This document shows positions 58,480 through 64,000 of a DNA stretch of 64,000 nt, in pieces. Every line of letters starts with the position of its first letter. Position 1 is the first letter of the stretch. Below the pieces are notes generated by a model. It did not search any database. It had not been told where the DNA came from and saw only the letters and a program-made list of their open reading frames with translations. The stretch is from an uncultured beta proteobacterium (GTDB lineage Bacteria > Pseudomonadota > Gammaproteobacteria > Burkholderiales > Burkholderiaceae_C): positions 1,663,945 to 1,727,944 of the forward strand of contig CAVXMS010000003.1 of assembly GCA_963763035.1 (NCBI GenBank). Reading direction: 5' to 3'. The position numbers and the translations under genes are program-made.

Positions 58480-59859
58480 ATGGCCAACGATTCAAACCCA
58501 AACCGCAGCGGCATCGATGGCGCGCGCGCCCAGGCCCTGCTGCAAACGGAACGCGCTGCTTTCATTGCCCGCAACCCACACTCCGGCGCGCTGGCCCAGC
58601 GCGCCAGCCAGCACCTGCTGTTCGGTGTGCCCTTGCACTGGATGAACGACTGGGGCACGCCGTTTGCCTTGCAGGTGGCACAGGCGGCCGGCGCGCACCT
58701 GCTGGACGCCGACGGTCATGATCTGAGCGACTTCTGCCTGGGCGATACCGGTGCCATGTTCGGCCACTCGCCGACGCCGGTGGCACGCGCCGTGGCACGC
58801 CAGGTGGCGCACGGCATCACCGCCATGCTGGCCGGCGCGGATGCGGCGGCGGTCGGCGAGTTGCTGAGCGAGCGCTTCGGTCTGCCCTACTGGCAGTTCG
58901 CCATGACCGCGTCGGATGCCAATCGCTTCGTGCTGCGCTGGCTGCGCGCGGCTAGCGGCCGGCGCAAGTTGATTGTCTTTAGCGGCTGCTACCACGGCAC
59001 CGTGGACGATGTCTTCGTCGATCTGGAGGAGGGCAATCCGCTGCAACGGAGCAGTCTGCTGGGCCAGGTGCACGACCTCACCGCGCACACCCGGGTGATT
59101 GAGTTCAATGATCTCTCAGCGCTGGAAGCGGCGCTCAGCCAAGGCGATGTCGCCTGTGTGCTGGCCGAGCCGGCCATGACCAATATCGGCATGGTGCTGC
59201 CCGAGCCGGGCTACTGGCAGGCGGCGCAGGCGCTGATCCGGCAGTATGGCGCGGCGCTGGTGCTGGACGAGACCCACACCATCAGTTGCGGCCCCGGTGG
59301 CTACAGCGGCGCCCACGGCCTGCAACCCGATGCCCTGGTGCTGGGCAAGCCGGTGGGCGGCGGTGTGCCCTGTGCGGTGTACGGTTTCAGCGCCGAATGG
59401 GCCAGGCGCGTGGTGCAGGCCAAACGCGACGCGCCGGAGGGACACTCGGGCATAGGCACCACGCTGAGTGGCAACCTGCTGGCCATGGTGGCCATGCGCG
59501 CCACCCTCGGCGAGTTGATGACGGCGCCCGTCTATGGGGGCATGCTGACCACTGCAAGCGCGCTGGCCGAGGGTTTGCGCGAGGTCGTCGCGCGCCATCG
59601 CCTGCCCTGGTGCGTGACGCAACTGGGCGCACGCACCGAGTTCCAGTTCCGCGCCACGCCGCCGCGCAACGGCAGCGAAGCCGGCGCCGCGCTGGACCCC
59701 GAACTGGAGCACCTGATTCATCTGGCGCTGCTCAATCGCGGCGTGCTGATCACGCCGTTTCACAACATGATGCTGGTCTGCCCGGCCACCACGGCGGCCG
59801 ATGTGCAGAGACTGCTGGTTGCCTTCGACCAGGTGTTGGCCAGGATCGTTGCCGCTTGA
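58480..59859 (+). CDS. class III aminotransferase (glutamate-1-semialdehyde aminomutase-like)
   Basis: 459 aa from the ATG at 58480, with the PLP-lysine context LVLGKPVGGG and LVLDETHT. The 5' part of track ORF 57691-59859 overlaps the GS-like gene out of frame with it and is rejected. Confidence 0.8.
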   Translation: MANDSNPNRSGIDGARAQALLQTERAAFIARNPHSGALAQRASQHLLFGVPLHWMNDWGTPFALQVAQAAGAHLLDADGHDLSDFCLGDTGAMFGHSPTPVARAVARQVAHGITAMLAGADAAAVGELLSERFGLPYWQFAMTASDANRFVLRWLRAASGRRKLIVFSGCYHGTVDDVFVDLEEGNPLQRSSLLGQVHDLTAHTRVIEFNDLSALEAALSQGDVACVLAEPAMTNIGMVLPEPGYWQAAQALIRQYGAALVLDETHTISCGPGGYSGAHGLQPDALVLGKPVGGGVPCAVYGFSAEWARRVVQAKRDAPEGHSGIGTTLSGNLLAMVAMRATLGELMTAPVYGGMLTTASALAEGLREVVARHRLPWCVTQLGARTEFQFRATPPRNGSEAGAALDPELEHLIHLALLNRGVLITPFHNMMLVCPATTAADVQRLLVAFDQVLARIVAA

Positions 59860-59926
59860 CTATAGATATTTCTGTGGATCTTTCCCGAAATGATGACATG
59901 CCAAACCTCGTTGGGCACGGTGGGTG

Positions 59927-60170
59927 GATCAGGCTGGCGGGGCACTCAGCTCCGTGTCCCCCGCCCTGCGGGCTCCTCCTTTACCTGCGCTGAGCGCCCC
60001 ACCAGCCTGATCTTTCAAGCAGGGTTGGTGCGCAACCGACGCAAACCACCAAGGCTCGCCGCCGAGGGTGCTGTAGAGGGTGGCGCAGCGTGGACTTGGG
60101 GTTTTGCCAAATAAAGGAGGAGCCCAGAGGGCGGGGGACATTCGCGGAGCTACCCACTGCGGCACCCTCG
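59927..60170. repeat. block of nested long inverted repeats in a 360-bp intergenic region
   Basis: Three arm pairs: 59927-59950 with 59989-60012 (22/24 complementary), 59955-59982 with 60113-60140 (25/28), and 60063-60071 with 60162-60170 (9/9). Confidence 0.5.
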
Positions 60171-60219
60171 ACCCACACACGGCCGCATCTGAGTTCTTGA
60201 CTTGCGCAAGCAATCTGCA

Positions 60220-61701
60220 TCAGGCAGGCTTGTGTAACCGCTCCAGTGTCTCGGAGACCGCACGAGCCAGCAGCGGACCGCAGCGCTCGATATCGGCCAG
60301 CGTGGCATAGCCGTAGCCGATCACCAGACCCTTGGCATCCTTGCGCTCCAGACAGTAGGCTGAGAGGGCGCGCACCGTCAGACCCAGGCGCGCAATGCGT
60401 TCGGCCAGGGCTTTGTCATCGACCACCTCGGGCAGTCGCAAACACAGGTGCAAGCCTTGCTCGGCACCGGTGATCTGGGCATGCTGGCCCAGACACGGCT
60501 GCAGTGCCGAGAGCAGACAGCGCCGGCGCTCGGCATAGCTCTGGCGGGCCCGGCGCAGGGCGCTGGCGAAATGCCCCATCTCGATAAACTCCGCCAGCGC
60601 CGCTTGCAGCGGCATCTGGCCGGGACGATTGAGGTCGTAATGAGCTTGCTTGAAAGCCGCCACCAGCCCCTTGGGCACCACCAGATAGCCCAGCTTCAGA
60701 CCGGGGTACAGCACTTTGGAAAAAGAGCCCATGTAGAGCACCCGCTCATCGGTGTCTAGCCCCGCCAGGGACGAGATCGGCGGCCCGCTGAAGCGGAACT
60801 CGCTGTCGTAATCGTCCTCCAGAATCCAGGCCTTGTGCTGCTTGGCCAGCGACAGAATCTGATGCCGCCGGGCCAGCGACATGACAGCGCCCGTGGGGTA
60901 CTGGTGCGATGGCGTCACATAGATCAGACGCGGCGGTGCCGCTTCGTCCTGCGCCTGCGGCGCAATACCGTGCTGATCGACCGCCACCGGATGGAGCTTC
61001 AGACCGGTGGCCATGAAAGCCTTGACGGCACCCCAGTAGGCCGGATCCTCCAGCCAGACCGTATCGTTGTGATCGGCCAGCAACTGGGCGCACAAATCCA
61101 TCGACTGCTGGGTGCCGCTGGTGATGATGACCTGCTCGACCTCCAGCGGCACGCTGCGAAAGACGCGCAGGTAGTCGGCCACCGAGCGGCGCAGCGGCGC
61201 GTAGCCACCGGAGTAGCTGTAGTCGAGCATATCGGGGTAAGTCATGCGCCAGTGCTTGTTTTGCAGGCGCTGCCAGAGGGCCACCGGGAAGGCGCTGAAG
61301 TCCACGATGCCCGGCGTAAACGGGTAAATCTCCAGTTCGGCAGCGTTGAACGTCGTCAGCAGGGCCTGGCCGCGCCGGGACAATCTGGCGGTATCCTGGT
61401 TCTCTGTCGCGGGAGCCCGGCGTGCGACGGTCCTGGGAACCCTTTCCTTGACAAAAGTGCCACTGCCGACATGGCTGCTCAGGTAGCCCTCGACGGTTAA
61501 CTGGTTGAGGGCGGCGATCACGGTGTTGCGCGACAGCTTCAGATCCTGGCTCAGGTCGCGACTGGAAGGCAGACGATCACCGGCGGCCAGCTTGCCGTCC
61601 AACATGGCGCGCCGCAAGGCTTTGTACAACTGGCGTTGCAGGGGTAGCTTGTCCTGCAAACGCAGGCGCGCAATTTCGGTCAACAAGAATTCGGAGAGCA
61701 T
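60220..61701 (-). CDS. MocR-type regulator (GntR HTH fused to a PLP aminotransferase-like domain)
   Basis: 493 aa with an N-terminal GntR wHTH (LPSSRDLSQDLKLSRNTVIAALNQLTVEGYL) and a fold-type-I aminotransferase domain (SFSKVLYPGLKLGY). Confidence 0.85.
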   Translation of the reverse strand: MLSEFLLTEIARLRLQDKLPLQRQLYKALRRAMLDGKLAAGDRLPSSRDLSQDLKLSRNTVIAALNQLTVEGYLSSHVGSGTFVKERVPRTVARRAPATENQDTARLSRRGQALLTTFNAAELEIYPFTPGIVDFSAFPVALWQRLQNKHWRMTYPDMLDYSYSGGYAPLRRSVADYLRVFRSVPLEVEQVIITSGTQQSMDLCAQLLADHNDTVWLEDPAYWGAVKAFMATGLKLHPVAVDQHGIAPQAQDEAAPPRLIYVTPSHQYPTGAVMSLARRHQILSLAKQHKAWILEDDYDSEFRFSGPPISSLAGLDTDERVLYMGSFSKVLYPGLKLGYLVVPKGLVAAFKQAHYDLNRPGQMPLQAALAEFIEMGHFASALRRARQSYAERRRCLLSALQPCLGQHAQITGAEQGLHLCLRLPEVVDDKALAERIARLGLTVRALSAYCLERKDAKGLVIGYGYATLADIERCGPLLARAVSETLERLHKPA

Positions 61702-61786
61702 AAAGTGGCACTATCCAACGGGTCTAATTGGTTCCATTGTGAATCAATTGCACCAGCACAATCGGCCAAATTACATGGAGACACTT

Positions 61787-62851
61787 ATGAACCTGAAAAC
61801 CCTGAAAAACAGCCTTCATCTGGCGGCGGCGCTGACACTTGTGGCCGGCTTTCTGCCAACGGCAGTCAACGCCCAGAGCAAACAGTTATTCCTCTACAGT
61901 TGGGCCAACTACGTGCCGCCGAATCTGCTCAAGCGCTTTGAGGCCGAGACCGGCATCAAGGTCAGTATCGATGCCTACGACAGCAACGACTCGATGCTGG
62001 CCAAGCTGCAGGCCGGCGGTGGTGGCTACGACATCGTGGTTCCCAGCAACTCGGTGTTGGGTACCATGATCAAGTCCGGCTTGCTGTTGAAGGTCGAAGC
62101 TTCCAAGATGAGCAATTTCAAGAACGTGACGGCGCCGCACGATCATCCGGCAACCGATCCGAACCGCGACTACTCGGTGCCCTATCTATGGGGTTCGACC
62201 GGCTTCACCTACGATTCGGCCAAGGTCCCCGGCGGCAAGCTCAATGAGAGCTGGAAGGAATTCTTCGAGCCGCGTCCCGAGGTCGCCGGCAAGATCGCTG
62301 CCCTCAATGACCAGGGCGAAATGTTCACCGCCGCCGCGTTGTACCTTGGCATAGACACTTGCACCGAGAACCCGGCTGATGCGCAGCGCATTCTTGACGT
62401 GCTGGAAAAACAAAAACCCAGCGTGAAGATTTATTCCTCCACCGGCACCATTGGCCGCATGGCCGCTGGCGAAGTGACCATGCACCAGCAGTGGAACGGC
62501 GCTTCCTACAAGTCGCATGCCAAATTGGCGACGGCGGTTTTCGTCTACCCGCAAGAAGGCATGAACCTGTGGGGCGACAATTTTGCCGTGCCCAAGGGCG
62601 CCCCCAACCCGGAGAGCGCCAAGACCTTCATGAACTGGATGATGGAGCCGAAGAACGCGGCCGAAGCCTCCAATTTTGGTGGCTACAACAACGCCATCAA
62701 GGGGTCGGACGCGTTCATGGACACCGAGCTGCGCAACAGCCCGGCGATCAACCCGTCGGAAGCCATGAAGAGCCGCTTCCGCCCGGTCAAGGATTGCTCG
62801 GTCAAGGCGCGTGAACTGCGCGATGGCGTCTGGACGCGGCTGCGTCGCTGA
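61787..62851 (+). CDS. polyamine (spermidine/putrescine) ABC transporter substrate-binding protein, PotF/PotD-like
   Basis: Signal peptide MNLKTLKNSLHLAAALTLVAGFLPTAVNA and PotF-like blocks (LFLYSWANYVPP, YDIVVPS). An alternative ATG lies at 61775. Confidence 0.85.
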   Translation: MNLKTLKNSLHLAAALTLVAGFLPTAVNAQSKQLFLYSWANYVPPNLLKRFEAETGIKVSIDAYDSNDSMLAKLQAGGGGYDIVVPSNSVLGTMIKSGLLLKVEASKMSNFKNVTAPHDHPATDPNRDYSVPYLWGSTGFTYDSAKVPGGKLNESWKEFFEPRPEVAGKIAALNDQGEMFTAAALYLGIDTCTENPADAQRILDVLEKQKPSVKIYSSTGTIGRMAAGEVTMHQQWNGASYKSHAKLATAVFVYPQEGMNLWGDNFAVPKGAPNPESAKTFMNWMMEPKNAAEASNFGGYNNAIKGSDAFMDTELRNSPAINPSEAMKSRFRPVKDCSVKARELRDGVWTRLRR

Positions 62852-62959
62852 GCGTCACGGGAAAGCGGCCACGGGGCCGCTTCCGCGCTTCTGAGGTCCA
62901 ATTTTGAACGTTGAAATGGGCTCTTGAGCTTCGCTTCTGTTTCTATCAATAGGTTCCCG

Positions 62960-64000
62960 ATGACCGATACCGCCATTGCCATTGCGGGCGTTTGCAAGAC
63001 CTTCTCCGGTGCCAGTCAGCCTGCCTTGGCCGACTTGTCGCTGGAGATTCGGAAGAACGAGTTTTTCACGCTGCTGGGCCCCTCGGGCTGCGGCAAGACG
63101 ACGCTGCTGCGCATGATTGCCGGCTTTGAAAACCCGGACGCCGGCAGCATCGAACTCGACGGCGTCGCCATGGGCCGCACGCCGCCCAACCAGCGACCGG
63201 TCAACACCGTGTTCCAGAGCTACGCCTTGTTTCCGCACATGACGGTCAGCCAGAATATTGCGTTTGCGCTGGAGATGCTGGGCCGGCCGCGCGATGCCAT
63301 CCGCACCCGGGTCGCCGAAATGATGCGCTTGCTGCGCCTGGAGGGCATGGGCGAGCGCTATCCGGCCCAGCTTTCCGGCGGCCAGCAGCAACGCGTGGCG
63401 TTGGGAAGGGCGCTGGCGCCGGAACCCAAAGTGCTGCTGCTGGACGAGCCGCTGTCGGCGCTGGACCTGAAGCTGCGCAAGGAGATGCAGGTCGAGTTGA
63501 AGCGCTTGCAGTCCGCCACCGGCATTACTTTTGTCTTCGTCACGCATGACCAGGAAGAGGCGCTGCGGATGTCCGACCGGATCGCGGTGATGCGCGACGG
63601 CAAGGTCATGCAAATGGGACGCCCGGACGATATTTACGAGCGCCCGGCCAATCTGTTCGTCGCCGAATTCATAGGCGACGCCAATTTTCTGCCGGCCACT
63701 TGCATTGCAAGAAACGGGCCGGGTGGGCGCTTCCGTCTGAGCTGTTGTGGCGACGATGTTGTCGAGTTGGTGGTGGACGATGCCAACGACATGGCGACAG
63801 GCGCCAAGGCGTTGCTGATGCTGCGCCCGGAACGTGTCACCCTGGCGCCGCTGGCTTCCGCGCTGTTGCGCGCCGAAGTGCCGGAGGCGATCTACAGCGG
63901 CAGCGATCTGATGCTGCATGCCAAACTGGCGGACGGCACCTTGTTGCGCGTGCGATTGTCGGGACCGGTAGAGGCGGCCCTGCAGACCGGTGCCAGCGCC
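62960..64000 (+). CDS. polyamine ABC transporter ATP-binding protein PotA-like (partial, runs off the window end)
   Basis: ATG at 62960. Walker A GPSGCGKTT, signature LSGGQQQRVALGRAL, Walker B LLLDEPLSALD. The frame is open to base 64000, so it is absent from the supplied track because no stop falls in the window. Confidence 0.88.
   Translation, partial: MTDTAIAIAGVCKTFSGASQPALADLSLEIRKNEFFTLLGPSGCGKTTLLRMIAGFENPDAGSIELDGVAMGRTPPNQRPVNTVFQSYALFPHMTVSQNIAFALEMLGRPRDAIRTRVAEMMRLLRLEGMGERYPAQLSGGQQQRVALGRALAPEPKVLLLDEPLSALDLKLRKEMQVELKRLQSATGITFVFVTHDQEEALRMSDRIAVMRDGKVMQMGRPDDIYERPANLFVAEFIGDANFLPATCIARNGPGGRFRLSCCGDDVVELVVDDANDMATGAKALLMLRPERVTLAPLASALLRAEVPEAIYSGSDLMLHAKLADGTLLRVRLSGPVEAALQTGASA

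Noticed and set aside
59929-60310. Small ORFs (94, 79 and 76 aa) in the 59.9-60.3 kb intergenic region
   Set aside because: They overlap one another, are Ala/Gly/Pro/Arg-rich and lack RBS-start context. The region is better explained by its nested inverted repeats.
61702-61786. Possible MocR operator (CAATTG / CCATTG-like half-sites) between the MocR gene and the potF-like gene
   Set aside because: The half-sites are short and imperfect (5/6). I cannot distinguish them from chance in an AT-richer promoter region without comparative data.

Overview
High-GC chromosomal segment that looks betaproteobacterial (Comamonadaceae-like gene content and synteny; inferred by eye, not searched). Most of the window is core metabolism. 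In order: hom-thrC, a molybdopterin cluster (mobB-moeA-moaD, with moaE split off by an opposite-strand DapA-family gene), clpB, and a complete five-step histidine-utilisation locus (hutH, hutU, hutC, hutD, hutI, hutG, hutF) with an embedded IclR regulator and amino-acid ABC transporter. These are followed by transporters and oxidoreductases including two divergent TPP enzymes, then pip. Downstream of the accessory island lie a dipeptide-type ABC operon, a SWIB/histone-H1-like gene, rraA, and a polyamine/guanidino-compound catabolic cluster with a MocR regulator and potF/potA-like genes. 

The accessory part is an island at about 32.0-46.8 kb. It contains hicB with a decayed hicA, a WYL-domain regulator, a complete type I-C CRISPR-Cas system (cas3-cas5-cas8c-cas7-[extra gene]-cas4-cas1-cas2, leader, 22-repeat array), an AraC-linked small cluster, and mazEF. 

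The most unusual observation is a 281-aa Bro-N/DinD-like gene packed tightly between cas7 and cas4 of the otherwise canonical I-C operon. Secondary observations:
- A likely internal cas11 start inside cas8c.
- The WYL regulator upstream of cas3.
- An MNT antitoxin with a deleted HEPN partner.
- Repeated motifs in the CRISPR leader.
- A small REP-like palindrome with a compensatory substitution.
- A densely self-complementary 250-bp intergenic block near 60 kb.

No rRNA, tRNA, transposase or integrase was recognised. All family assignments come from reading motifs in the translations; no database search was run.
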